Assembly: GCA_028534125.1 (NCBI GenBank)
Contig: CM052816.1
Span: 83,020,001 to 83,084,000, forward strand
Origin: Lama glama
Taxonomy: Eukaryota
Length of the DNA stretch: 64,000 nucleotides
Direction: 5' to 3'
Shown here: one piece after another, positions 10,991-25,313 of the stretch
How the letters are laid out: the number at the start of each line of letters is the position of its first letter
Numbering within the stretch: position 1 is the stretch's first letter
The notes under the pieces: generated by a model
Databases searched by the model: none
Seen by the model: the letters and a program-made list of their open reading frames with translations, nothing else
What the model was told of the DNA's origin: nothing
Translations under genes and position numbers: made by a program

Positions 10991-13490
10991 GGAGGGAACA
11001 AAGCAGCAAGAAGCTGCAGGTGTATATTCAGAGTTCAGGCAAAGGACCACTTAGAATAGCAGTCAAGAGTAAGGCAGGGGAAAGGTGGTCTGCAGGGAAC
11101 CTTAGAAAAACTAAGAAAAGAAACACTCGCAAAGTATGTCAGGCACCCAGAGCTGAATGATGATTCAAGTAAGAACTGTCCTTACCTTGAAAACAGCATC
11201 TAGAAAAGAAGGCAGGGAAAAGAGTTGTTTACGAGAAAAATTTAGATGAATACATAGAAAAACCAGCTATACCCATCTTTAATCTTCAAAGTGTCCAGCC
11301 TGAAACATGTTGGTGTTAATACAAAGTCTTAAAAATATACTGTTAAGTCCAAGTTCTGAGTGGTGATGAATATCTTGGACCAAACATTCTAATTACTGAA
11401 TTGTGTTTGTGAGTAGCAATTTGAAGTATACCTAGAACAAATTTTATCTAAGAGTGAGCAGGAAAGCCCAGACAATTACCATTCTAAGTATATTTTAAAG
11501 GGGCAATGGGTGGTAGAAGTAAATTTGCATTTTGGATATGTCAAAAGGAGTTGTTCAACTTCCAGGTTACATACGAAAATGTAAAACATTGTTTAAAAAG
11601 CTAATTCAGTTCTCTACTCTACACTGTCAAAAACAGGGGGCTGTGTTCTTTGAAAAGGTTGCATTTGGTTTTATTTCTGTTTCCTCTATTTCTTCTGCAT
11701 TTATTATCCAAATCCTGTGTCTTGACAAAATCTGAGAGTGAGGGCAATCATCGCTCTCATAAAAATTCTGTTTCTAAGAATAGATATGAAATTTTAACAA
11801 ACTTTTGTTATTACAGCTTAACTTTTAAACATTTTAATAGCTAAATATTGAACGCTTAGTGTTATAACAAAGAACAGCAGTTTCCTCACTGTCACCTGTC
11901 AGATTCCTGTTGTAGACACTGTAATGCACTTTTGAAATATTATTTAGATGTCCATTTTCAGCTAAGGTCAAGGGAGAAGCAAGTTTTTTTTTTCTTTTCT
12001 TTTTAATGGTGAGTGTCTAAGGTTAAGTTTTATCTTCTCTTTAACTTAGGGATTTGGACATGGTGAGATGCAGTTTCATTTAAGCAATATGACTAGTTGA
12101 ACTTTATACACTACTTGTAAAAGAGGCCTTCTAAATACGTTCCCAAACAAATTTAAGGCTGTTGCTTTCATTTGTATTTTGTTTTATTTTTTTATTTGCT
12201 CTACTTGCTGCTTTACAAAATCACCTGAGTACTTAGCCTTAGGTGTATAAATTTGACAGTGGTGCCATTTAATTGTTTTTCAAGGAAACAAAAGCTTCTG
12301 GATTTTCAACTGTATTTCTACTTTCATTGTACACCCACTAATTTTAGCATCTTTACTGCAAAAAATGTAGAAGACATCTTTACAATAGGTCTCATGGAAG
12401 AAATGCACAGATTTTGAAGATACAGCAGTCTCATATTTCATCAGCTATGAGCTATGAGCAATTGAACAACTTCTTATATAAATGGGCATCAGTTGTTAAT
12501 GAGCTCTGCTGTTTTAGTATCACTATTTGCAAAGTAACATATCTAAGACTTCTGTTGCTCCAGCAGCCTTTTCACACTGTAGTAACAGCTGTTACATTTT
12601 ATTTGAACACTTTGTGTAAATATGACAAGATACAATTTTTTTTCCATGCCAAGATGTTTACTTAGGGCTAAAAAATGAGGAAGATATGTTGGGTTTCCTG
12701 TTGGCTTACAACTGGTATTTTTATTTCCTATTTTGTTATGGTAAAATTGTTTTATGAACACCTAAGTGTAGCATGTAAACAAAATAATATATCATATGCT
12801 TTTGATACTTGGATTTGTCTTTATCATATTTATCTCATTGTCAGACAGTAAACTGATTTTCCATTCTATAAATATTCTTTTTAATCATACTGCCCTGTTG
12901 TTAGTTGAATAACATCTCGAAATCTATCATCAAGCAAGTAAACAGAAATTTAGTTAAGTTAGTCATAAATCCATGACACTGTTGGGTCATAAAAAAGTCT
13001 TATTCTACATTTCATAATATCTGATATGTTATAATTTTAAATAGCACAGTTTATTATATAACCAACATTGTGCAAGAATGTGTGTACTACTACAGTAATT
13101 TGAACAAAATATTGTGGTAGCTCATGGGAATGAAGAAGAAAGAATGCACTGGTGATGAAAAACTTTTGAGGTAGGAGATGTTTTAATTTGGTCAAAGAGA
13201 ATGAGTAAGAATTCTTCAGAGTGAAAGCTATAGAGCATTTTAAATGGTTTGGCCTCTACCCTTCCCCTTTTACTCCCTCCTTTTTCCCTTCTTTCTTTTT
13301 ATAAGCTGTACCATTGGTCTGGATTTTCCAAAGTTTTCTAGATATCCATGAATAACTAGAGATTATCCCTTAATGATATGGGCGTGTATTATGAATATCA
13401 GGCACAGTGTCTCAAAAAGAACATTGGGTATTCTCATTCCTTTTCATTGACTAAAAGAGAATCTATTTTTTAAAATTTACATGACTCTTT

Positions 13491-15294
13491 TTTTTTAACC
13501 TTTTTTATTGATTTATAATCATTTTACAATGTTGTATCAAATTCCAGTGTAGAGCACAACTTCTCAGTTATACATGAACATATATATATTCATTGTCAAA
13601 TTTTTTTCTCTGTGAGCTATCATAAGATCTTGTGCATATTTCCCTTTGCTATACAATATAATCTTGTTTATCTATTCTACAATTTTGAAATCCCGTCTAT
13701 CCCTTCCCACCCTCCGCCCCCTTGGCAACCACAAGTTTGTGTTCTATGTCTATGAGTCTATTTCTGTTTTGTATTTATGCTTTGTTTGTTTGTTTTTGTT
13801 TCTGGTTTTTTTTTTAGATTCCATATATGAGCAATCTCATATGGTATTTTTCTTTCTCTTTCTGGCTTACTTCACTTAGAATGACATTCTCCAGGAGCAT
13901 CCATGTTGCTGCAAATGGTGTTATGTTGTCGGTTTTTATGGCTGACTAGTATTCCATTGAATAAATATACACTTCTTCTTTATCCAGTCATCTGTTGATG
14001 GACATTTAGTCTGTTTCCATGTCTTGGCTATTGTAAATAGTGCTGTTATGAACATTGGGCTGCTGATGTCATTTTGAAGTAGGATTCCTTCTGGATATAT
14101 GCCCAGGAGCAGGATTCCTGGGTCATATGGTAAGTCTATTCCTAGTCTTTTGAGGAATCTCCATACTGTTTTCCACAGTGGCTGCACCAAACTGCATTCT
14201 CACCAGCAGTGTAAGAGGGTTCCCCTTTCTCCACAGCCTCTCCAGCATTTGTTGTTTGTGGACTTTTGAATGATGGCCATTCTGACTGATGTGAGGTGAT
14301 AACCCCACTGTAGTTTTGATTTGCATTTCTCTGATACTTAGTGATACTGAGCATTTTTTCATGTGCCTATTGACCATTTGTATTTCTTCCTTGGAGAATT
14401 GCTTGTTTAGGTCTTTTGCCCATTTTTGAATTGGGTTGTTTGGTTGTTTCTCATTAAGTCATATGAGCATATATTTTCTGGAGATCAAGCCTTTGTCGGT
14501 TTCATTTGCAAAAATTTTTTTCCCATTCCGTAGGTTGTCTTTTTGTTTTACTTATGGTTTCCTTGCTGTGCAGAAGCTTGTAAGTTTCATTAGGTCCCAT
14601 TTGTTTATTCTTGCTTTTATTTCTATTGCTTGAGTAGACTGTTCTAGGAGAACATTTTTGAGATGTATGTCAGATAATGTTTTGCCTATGTTTTCCTCTA
14701 GGAAGTTTATTGTATCTTGTCTTATATTTAAGTCTTTGATCCATTTTGAGTTGATTTTTGTGTATGGTGTAAGGGCGTGTTCTAGCTTCATTGCTTTACA
14801 TGCTGCTGTCCAGTTTTCCCAACACCATTTGCTGAAGAGACTGTCTTTATTCCATTGTATATTCTTGCCTCCTTTGTCAAAGATTAGTTGACCAAAAGTT
14901 TGTGGGTTCATTTCTGGGCTCTCTATTCTGTTCCATTGGTCTATATGTCTGTTTTTGTACCAATACCATGCTGTCTTGATGACTGTAGCTCTATAGTATT
15001 GTCTGAAGTCTGGGAGAGTTATTCCTCCAGTCTCTTTCTTTCTCTTCAGTAATGCTTTGGCAATTCTAGGTCTTTTGTGGTTCCATATAATTTTTATTAT
15101 GATTTGTTCTAGTTCTGTGAAATATGTCCTAGGTAATTTGATAGGGATTGCATTAAATCTGTAGATTGCCTTGGGCAGTGTGACCATTTTAACAATATTG
15201 ATTCTTCTAATCCAAGAGCATGGGATATCTTTCCATTTTTTAAAGTCTTCTTTAATTTCCTTCATCAATGGTTTATAGTTTTTTGTGTATATTA
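13491..15294 (-). mobile_element. Young 5'-truncated LINE-1 (ORF2 C-terminus, 3'UTR and A-tail) with a 13-bp TSD
   Basis: ORF 14552..15316 is L1 ORF2 ([32 protein letters not shown]...TAWYW). ORF 13936..14190 reads [18 protein letters not shown]. The TSD TACATGACTCTTT is at 13478-13490 and 15295-15307. Confidence 0.97.
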
Positions 15295-15457
15295 TACATG
15301 ACTCTTTATATTTCACAACTGAAATGAAAATCTCTGGTGGCTGTCATTTTGTGTCCAAATCCTGGTCTGATTAAATATCAGTTATGTGATTTTATATTAT
15401 TTTCCTTCTGTTAACAGTGGAAAATAATGGCATTTACCTGATAGAGTTGTTGTTAAT

Positions 15458-16250
<793 letters not shown>

Positions 16251-16959
16251 ATTGTTGACTGAGGTGGGGGGAAAAAGCTAATGTAGAGTATTTCCATTAA
16301 CAGGTTTGGTTTATAGATGTTAAAATAATCCACTGATTTCTAACTTTTGTGTATATGCTATCTTGGATATTCACCTCCCTGGTTCTTCATTTTAGATCAA
16401 GAATTATACCCTTCTCACTATTATCTTTCTCACATATTCTTTACAAAAGCTAGCACTGTGCTTTTCAATATCATTTCAAGAAAGTACTTATTTCTCAACA
16501 GTCATTCAATATGAAGAGATGTAGTAGACTCTTGCCTCTAATCCTGTAATTTGTCTGCATTTTAAAAATACTAGAGGCTAATATATTTCCTTTCAATAAA
16601 ACCAATGTCACCTTGTTTTTCTATAGAACCATTAAAAGGTCTCTATCAGCATCTTTACCAAAGGTGCTTCCCTGTCCTTGTAATTTGTGCTTCAGGCACT
16701 CTGCTGATTGTGCATTTACGCAGATGATATTTTGAGTCCCATTTATAGTAGATCTTTGACTGTCCTTTATGCAAGGTGTATTTTGCCCCTAAAAGTGAAA
16801 CATGGGAAACATTAATCCCCAAAAATCTCCTTGTCACTGTTGTCTTTCACACTCCCATTACCCTGTGCCTCTAGAAAAGAGAAAAGTTGAATGTAGATAA
16901 ATTAGATATCCAGGTTTTTAAGAAATTTATATTTAGTGAGAAGAAGTAGACCTCAGAAA

Positions 16960-17340
16960 AATCCAACAGGTTCATACCAACATATGCCATGCTGTAGAGA
17001 GGTGGTAAGTGCCGTGGGATACGGGAAGCAGAGAAGACAGTACGTAGTGACAGAGAGTTGCTGTTTTTCCCTAGAACTGACGAAGTAGTCCTCTCAGATG
17101 AAGTGACTTTTACACAAGACCTTGATGAAAGGGAGGGAATAGCTTTGTAAATGTTTGAGGGGCCAGCATTCCAGGTAGAGGGAACAGCAAGCACAAAGCC
17201 CTGAGGTAGGAGCATGTTTACTAGAGTATTCAAACAATACAAGGAGGATAATCTGGCAGAAGCTGAGTAACTCATAAGAATGGTAGGAGCTTGTTTCAAT
17301 GTTAGCCAGATGGAGCCAGGGTAGGGCAGTGCTTCTGGAT
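16960..17340 (-). mobile_element. L2 fragment (left part of an interrupted copy)
   Basis: 'agcattccaggtagagggaacagcaagcacaaagccctgaggtaggagcatg' is a typical L2 antisense signature. Confidence 0.8.
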
Positions 17341-17349
17341 TGTATTGAA

Positions 17350-18520
17350 TTGAGCACCTTCGCTTTTAACAAATATATGTATGTGTGTGTATATACGTAT
17401 ATATAATAGGGGACAAAATGTGACACCCCAAAATGTGCCCCTTATTTTGAGCTGAAGGCATTTGAAATTTAATAGATGGAAAAGAAACCTTTCCAGAGCT
17501 TCCTTAACTGACAAAACTTTTGGGGTATGAGGACTGCCATAAATTCTCTCTCCTGAGAAGTTTTATGGCCATGATGAAGAGGGGAAGTTGGCATCAAGAT
17601 GGGCAAGCACAAACATTACTCTCACAGTTTCCTCCATATATTTGCCTTCTCACAGTTTGCCACCCTGGAAGCCTAAAATCTTTTCTCTTGCTTTGTCATT
17701 TTTCTACACATATGTTGTTCTCTGTTAAGATTCTAGATAAGTCACATTTCTAACCACTCCTTTGAGTTACTCATCACTCAGTTTCTCCTGCATGTAGGCA
17801 CACTACACATGGTAATAAACTACATTTTTTTTTCTCTTGTTAATCTGTCTTTTGTCAGTTTAATTTACAGGGCCCCAGGCAGAGAAACTAAGAGAGGAGA
17901 GGAAAGAGGTTTTTTTTTTCCTTCTCTACAACGTATTTTTAATTTTGCCACCTTCAGATGAAAATCATAGGTTATCTAATTGAGGTATGCATAGTGTTTT
18001 TAAATGTAATATAAATGTCCTAACAGTAATATGAAGGAAAAATAAAAATAAAATAACTTATGAAGGTATGCATTTCAGTACAAAGGCACAACTACACTTT
18101 ATGACACAGCAAAGCTGCTAGATGCTTGCCCTTGTATGTAGAATTTCTGTGACCCTTGCAGCTATACCTGTAGTCTGAATTGGCAAGACAACACTACAGA
18201 CACTTTTAGCTATGGCTATATGATTACTCAAAAAGTGAACAATGCTTAGCAAGGTTTTGATGAAAACACAGTCCTAACTTTGCCTGATTTGCATAATTTT
18301 TGTCTTCCCTGAAATGGGAAAGTAATTTACATTTAAAGTGTTGTTGGGTCTAAGCCAGACAATAAAAAATACTGAAACATGCAGGGCAATTCTTTGTTGT
18401 GTGATACTGTCTTTGAATTTCAGAATATTCTACTCTTTGGCCTTACTAAACACAGTTCTGTCGCAGCTGGTGGGATAAATAACAAAGCACTTTGAATAAT
18501 TTCCAAAATTCTCCCTTGCA
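17350..18520. mobile_element. hAT-Charlie DNA transposon relic (MER20B-like), split by an LTR
   Basis: Contains MER20-type 'gggcaattctttgttgtgtgatactgtc' near 18385 and recalled MER20B-like internal text at 18100-18330. It lies between two L2 halves. Confidence 0.5.
17401..17930 (+). mobile_element. ERV1 solo LTR (MER34/MER39-like)
   Basis: Starts 'aggggacaaaatgtgacaccccaaaatgtgcc', has AATAAA at about 17814, ends '...ttctctaca', and is flanked by acgtat on both sides. Confidence 0.8.
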
Positions 18521-18640
18521 TCTGGGTAAAGATCTTAGTTTTATTCTATTCTAAGTGTAATGGGAAACTGTTGTAGTTTTTGAAGGAAAGTGACATGGTC
18601 AGATTTATATTTTAAAATAATTGTTCTGTTGATTAAATGT
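18520..18640 (-). mobile_element. L2 fragment (right part)
   Basis: 'ttttattctattctaagtgtaatgggaaactgttg...gtgacatggtcagatttatattttaaaa' continues the L2 at 17.0-17.3 kb. Confidence 0.7.
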
Positions 18641-19699
18641 TAAGCTCTAGGGCCTGGGAATTTAAAAAATCACAATCAAATTGAATAATTTTATTTATAT
18701 ACTTTTTGTTAGTTTGTTTTGTTTTCCTCTTTTCTTTTACCCTCAGTGTTTCAGAATAAGTTAATTTAGGGAAAATACTGAATTTATTTAAAACAAAAAC
18801 ATTTTATCAGCTGTTCTGTTCATAATGCCCGATGTTCAAGTTTAAACATTATTGCAGGGAACTTCAAATGACAAAGTTCAAGGATGTAGACAATTGTGAA
18901 AATAACACTGCAGGTTTGGGATAATATTCTTGAGTTCTAATAGTGTCTGTATTATTATCTACTGTGTGAAAGTGGGCAGCAGCTTCTCCACACTCATAAA
19001 TAAAAATCTAAAATTGTGATCTACCTCTGAATGACCTCACATTATAATTAACACTACATTTGGGGGATAACATAATTTCCTTTCTCATTGTGAGAAAATA
19101 CATAATCCAGCAATGAACCAAAATAATGGAGATCATTTTGGCTTAAAAATGACTTTCTGTTTATCCTTCTCTCCCTGACTGCTTAGATCCCCTGATACAA
19201 GCTTTTCCACCCTCATAATTCATCCTGAGAGTAAACTGACCAGGGTAGCCAGGAGGACTACTCAAATCAAAGAGATATGTGGTCCCAATGGAGACAGTAC
19301 TTCTCTCTGAGCCTTATATCATACTTGGTTGATTCAGAAAATGGTTGTTTAAGGGAGATGTTTCTTCCCAGGCCCAATTCATCAAATATATTAGAAAACT
19401 TTTCACACTTAAGACCTGTGCTTAACAATAAATCACTTAATAACAATCTGTAAGAGAGAAAAAGAAAAGCTGCATTAATTGTTTCAGAAGTTAAATCAGT
19501 CAAGAAGGACACACCAATTTAGGAATTTTAATAGTCAAATCTTATATATGAATAACCTACTAAATTCACCATCAATACATATACAGCACTAATGCTGTAT
19601 ATGAAAGCATTTGATTTGATTAATTTCCAAATATTAACATATAGTACAAAGATTGATAAAAATGTGGGTCTGGGATCAAACAACAATTGCATGTACAGT

Positions 19700-19920
19700 G
19701 TTAGGGAATGTGTGGTGTTTCATTTAAAAGCAGGGACTTTGGAGTTTGGCTATCTGGGTTTAAATGGTAGCTCTACCGCTAACCTCATATAAGTCATTTT
19801 TTTTTTAAATTTAAATTTCCCTATCTGTAAAGGGATTTCTAACTACATGTTTGTTGTAAGAATAAGATAACCCATGCGCTGAGAATACTTAAAATATTTG
19901 GAGAACAGTAACCCATAGAT
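19700..19920 (+). mobile_element. MIR fragment
   Basis: 'gggactttggagtttggctatctgggtttaaat...tttccctatctgtaaaggg'. Confidence 0.65.
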
Positions 19921-20139
19921 AAAGTGGCATTATTGCTATAATTTATAGGATTAGGTGTACTAGATATTTATGTTTCAATTTAAGAAAGAGGAACAAAATT
20001 TTGACACAGGTTGAATGAGGATATATAAGTATTTGCTACATTGTGTTGAAGAGATATATTTTTCCTATTGTGTAATGAGCTGTGATACTTAAAGTTTCTC
20101 TCTTTTAAAGTGGAAATGTTCACATCTGAACTTTGGGTT

Positions 20140-21025
20140 CTTTCTGTTTTGTATACAGTAGTTAGTATCTGCAAATCTTGAAACCCCAGTTTATCCCTTC
20201 CCACCTCCTTCCCCCTTGGTAACCATAAGTTTGTTTTCTATGATTGTGAGTCTGTTTCTGTTTTGTAAATAAGTTTGTCTTTTTTTTTTTTTTTTTTAGA
20301 TGCCACATATGGTATTTCTTTTTCTCTTTCTGGCTTACTTCAGTTAATATGACATTCTCAAAGTTTATCCATGTTGCTGCAAATGGCAGTATTTTATTCT
20401 TTTTATGGCTGAGTAGTATCCTATTGTATAGATATACACTACTTCTTTATCCAGTCACCTGTCAATAGACATTTAGGTTGTTTCCATGTTTTGGCTATTG
20501 TAAATAGTGCTTCTATGAATGTTGGGGTTCATGTGTCTTTTTGAATTAAGATTCCCTCTGGATATATGCCCAGGAGTGGGATTGCTAGATCATGTGGTAA
20601 GTCTATTTTTAGTCTTTTGAGGAATCCTCATACTATTTTCCATAATGGCTACACCAAAATATATTCTCACCGACAGTGTAGGAAGATACGTTTTTCTCCA
20701 CACCCTCTTCAGCATTTATCATTTGTGTACTTTTTAATGATGGCCATGCTGACTGATGTGAGGTGATACCTCACTGTAGTTTTGATTTGCATTTCTCTGA
20801 TGATTAGTGATATTGAGCATTTTTTCATGTGCCTGTTGGCCATTTGTATCTCTTTATTGGAGCATTCTGCCCATTTTCGGATTGGGTTGTTTGGTTTTTT
20901 TCTTATTAAATTGTATGAGCTGTTTATATATTCTGTAAATCCAACCTCTATCAGTATCATTATTTGCAAATATTTTCTCCCATTCTGTCAGTTGTCTTTT
21001 TGTTTTGCTTATAGTTTCCTTTGCT
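20140..21025 (-). mobile_element. LINE-1 3' fragment (ORF2 end and 3'UTR)
   Basis: ORF 20709..20969 reads [33 protein letters not shown]. The 3'UTR is similar to that of the 13.5-kb copy. Confidence 0.95.
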
Positions 21026-24000
21026 GGACAGCATATAGATTCTTAAATAAATCTGCATACATGGCTTCAGTTCATGCCCTTTTATGAATTTACTAATATT
21101 TAAAGACAAAAAATAGTGGCTATTGTTAACTTGGCAACAATTTGTTCAGCAAAGTCCTAGAATAGAAATGAGGAGATAAGAAAACATTACAATTAAAAGT
21201 AGAGTAAGTTAAAGTATGGAGATTTTTTAGAAAACAAAAGACCTCTGCTTTCACTCAAGCCATTTAAATAAATTTACCCAATTAGGATATTTGAGTAAAT
21301 AACCCAAATAACTGCTTCCATTTTACAGTTCAGTTTTCATAGACATCTTTGGTAGAACACACTAAAATTACTACAGAAGGTAGAATAAGGAAATAAATTA
21401 CAGACGTTTTTGTGGTAGGTAAAACAAAATCTTATTCTAAATCTCAACATTAACAAATACACATTAAAGTTTTTCCTATAAAAGAGAGAGGTAGGAAAAA
21501 ACTAAAATCAAGATACTTTATTAAAGTTTAAAAACTGGCAAAAAAAACCCAACCGACGTTGCAAAATATTTATAATATCTTCAAAAATCTTAGTAATACT
21601 ATTTTTATGGTCCTTGAGAAACAAAGGCAAAGAACATATGGCTCCTGGCTTCGAGTTGCTTCCAATGGGTTGGAAAGCAAACAAAGAGTTACAAAAACAC
21701 TGATGAGTATTAAACTGCAGGTATTTATATGGTGCTGAAAGAATAGCATTCATCAGTGAAGAATTTGGTGAGAAATAGGAATTAATGAAGGAATGAAGTG
21801 AAGGAAATAAACATTTAAATTGAACTTTGAAGATGCACAGTAGTTCCTTGGGATCCTCCAGAAGACAAAACAGAAAAAAAAATGGACGTCTGCAGTGACC
21901 CTTGGGGGATTATAATGGTCTGAAATGAACAGAAGGTACACTCAATGGAGTGGAATGGCCAGAGGAAGAAAGAGAAGGAAAACATAAATGAACCTGACCT
22001 TCACATTTCTGACAGAGAGACCTTAGTACAGTATTGCCAAAATTCTTAAAACTTTCCAGGGCAATATTTCCCACTTCCTGATGAAAAGACATCCCTTAAA
22101 GCACTTTAATAACTGCCTCTCCCCCAGGGTTGCTCAATAGAAGACAACTTATTTCAGTTTTTAAAGATGAGTCAGCATGCAGTTCCCTGGGAGGCATATT
22201 TACTGCCTTCAATCACTTGGAAGTACAAAGAGCTGATAGATACGTCTTTACCTTTTCCATTTTAATAGGCGAAGGCACATAAAAGATGCTAGAGATGAGG
22301 ACGTTTCCAGCAAGAGAATGAAACAAATGCTGTGTGTAAGGAAAATAGGTCTCTCTTCTTCTGTTTGGTCTCTGGAGCTTATTGTGTTCCACAGTAAAGC
22401 TGAGGAAAGAATCTGGCTTTTTATTGCTTTATTTGAGTTCATTCACACAAACAATTTTTCTAGAAAAATTAAGCTAAACATTATTTATAAAGTTAAATTT
22501 TATCCAAAGTCATGGTGGAAGGACACACCAAAAATGTGTCAAAATAAACGGTGTTGCCTTTGCAGACTCATGTTACCTATGAATGCAGGAAAAATCAAAG
22601 CCTGCTATTGCATCATTAGAACCATAAAAACACTAACTATTCATCAAACTGAATATTCTGTGGAGGAGGACAAGAGGAGTGTGAGGACTAGAGTATTATT
22701 TTTCGTAGTTGTTAGCTCCTCCATTTTATATACGTGTCCATCAAATGTTTAAGAAGTTACCGTTTTTCCTGTTCACTTGCATAAGCACATATTGTCCAAT
22801 GTGCTGTAACTTGTTGCTATTTTTACTCTGAATAATGTTCTCATCTGTTAGTGCTGATACAGGTGTCACCAGCCACAAGAGCAGCAGGAATCACCAGGAT
22901 GTTTTGAAAACCTTTTTATAGATGAAAGTGTCCGAAAGCCTCAGGAGGGTTGAGGACTCTCTTCAGTTGCCATTTACCCAGACGTGTACTTGGCAGTATT
23001 TACTAGGTGCTCACTATGTGTCATGTGACTTATTTAGGCAAGTGGGCTACGAACCTGAATGAAACAAGAGTCCAAAACCCCCACACCGGAGTAAATTCAC
23101 GCATACACTGAGGGTGCTAGGGCCACTGTTCTCCGCTCCTCTCCCTTGTTATTAGAGTTGGTAACTCATCTGAACAAAGCCCTTCACATCCACTTCAGAG
23201 TAAATGGGATGAGGGAGTACTGGTTATGAAAGTGAAAATGAGATTAGGGTACTATTAAACCAAATGAGTTCCTTATAAATTTATGTTTCTTAGAGAGTTT
23301 TCCCTTTGGTGGTGTCATATTCAAGTGTTTCTATTGGTGAGAATCTAAAAAACAGTGTAGACCATGGAGGAGTTCTAATAGCTTTAAAGCAAAGTTTTGA
23401 AATATCTAGAATCAGATTAAGGAGATCTGCTATGGTTGATAATTATATTTGTGTGAAGATAACCGGTCTCTATAGATCCATTGCCTTAAAATTAAACCCA
23501 TACATGTGCATACTGTCTTTTCTATAACACATAATATTAAAATATCTCTTTTATATTTTAGAACTTAAAAATTAAGTGGGTATGCCAAATATATAAATTA
23601 TTCAAAGACTGAGTGTATGCAACAGTGCATTAAATAAATTGGCTCCAAAAATTCTACAAATGTAAAAATACAATTGGCATAGTCTTTAAATATAATATCT
23701 GATATTTCTTTAAGATTTTTGAGATAACTTGGTTTGCCTTATGAAAATAATCCACTTGAAAAAACTATTCTATATATTCTAAATGTCAAATGTTTGAAAG
23801 GAAGTATCTGCTTAGTTTATTAAAAGTCAATTAAGCAAACTTATGTTTAACCTTCTATTAATGCTTCAATAAAACTGTATTGCATAAGGGATGGATGATT
23901 TTATCACCCAGGTAGAAGTGGGAACCTGAAAGCTATTGAACACTATATATTTCCCAATGTATCATAATTATAGAAACACCTGTGTTAAATAACTCTGAGT

Positions 24001-25270
24001 TGATCCACTCTAAAAATATAGAGTACTTAATAGTCCTGAGAAGCAAACTTATTGCCAGCAAGCCACAGGTGTTCACCACAGGAAGCCATGAAAAATGTGA
24101 AGATGAAGGATGTGATGACATTTCCCAACCCATAATATATATATATATGTATACATATATACATATATGTATCCCAAAATGAACTTATGCATCTATAATT
24201 GAGTTAGTTTTTTTTAATTGTTAATGTGTCATTTAGGTTATTTTTAAAAATGGAAAGCTATAAAATTTCCAAAATGTGCATATTAGTTTATAAACTTGGA
24301 TGCAGAGGGATAAAATCAAGCTAGAATCAGAGTTTTAATTTTTAAAACTTTTATTCTTATTTGTGATAGCACTTGAATTGCCTGTTTCCTATGTTGAATC
24401 TAAAGTTTATGCAGATAAGTAATTATATGAATGAATCCATTATAATAAAATATAGCTTTTGACTTTTATTAATTCAAGTAACAGCCTTCAGTTAGACTAT
24501 TTGCTGCAATAAAAAATTATAATCATGTTTCACCTAAGATTTTATTTGTTATTGTTCATATAAAAAGTTATATCCACAGGGAGCCGTAATCAAATGGCTC
24601 CATATTTCTTTAACATGTACACTAATCCTTCTATTTTATTCCATTCAACATAAGAATAATACTTAGTAAGGCATTTTGCAAACTTCATTAATGCCTTGCA
24701 GACATTCATGTTTGTTAACTGAACACCACACTTGATTATCCATGCTGATGGAAGACTACAGAAGCATGGATAATTGAAAATAGTAAGTAATTCAGAAAAT
24801 TGCTGTGCAGTCAAATGTATGTACACAGAGACATGTTTACACATTTTTTTAAATATATCCCCCCTTCGTCAGTCATGTAAGCAAATGATCCAAAATGGTT
24901 GATGAAAGAGAAGTGATTTTTGCCAGAGTACATGCAGATAATAAAATATATGTGCCACCACCTGACTAAACACAGCAAGAAAAGAATGTCTCTGTTTCTA
25001 CCTCTAGGACCTAATCTATGAATTTATGTTTCCATGTGGGGAATTAAAATGTTCCTCTAAGTTGATTCTGTCTGAGGTGGTCCAGTTGTAATACCAGGTT
25101 GCTACCAGTCTACAGGAAAAAGTGTGGGTTAAGGTTATATACCAGTTTGACTGCTAGGTCTGACTAGTAGACAAGAGTCAACACGGTGGACTATATATAA
25201 AGCAGAAACAGAAATAACTCAAATTCTGACATTTTTCAAACAAAGTACATTATTAAGGATATTTGTTTAA

Positions 25271-25272
<2 letters not shown>

Positions 25273-25308
<36 letters not shown>
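25273..25308. repeat. (CA)n microsatellite
   Basis: Seen directly in the sequence. Confidence 0.98.

Positions 25309-25313
<5 letters not shown>

Noticed and set aside
13167..13180. let-7-like TGAGGTAG seeds (also at about 17202 and 54613)
   Set aside because: The match ends after about 8-10 nt and there is no precursor hairpin.
14552..15316. 254-aa ORF as a host gene
   Set aside because: It is a fragment of L1 ORF2 inside a TSD-bounded, truncated element.
22318..22752. 144-aa ORF and similar short ORFs throughout the window
   Set aside because: No recognisable homology or splice structure, and the composition is as expected for chance ORFs in AT-rich or repeat-derived DNA.
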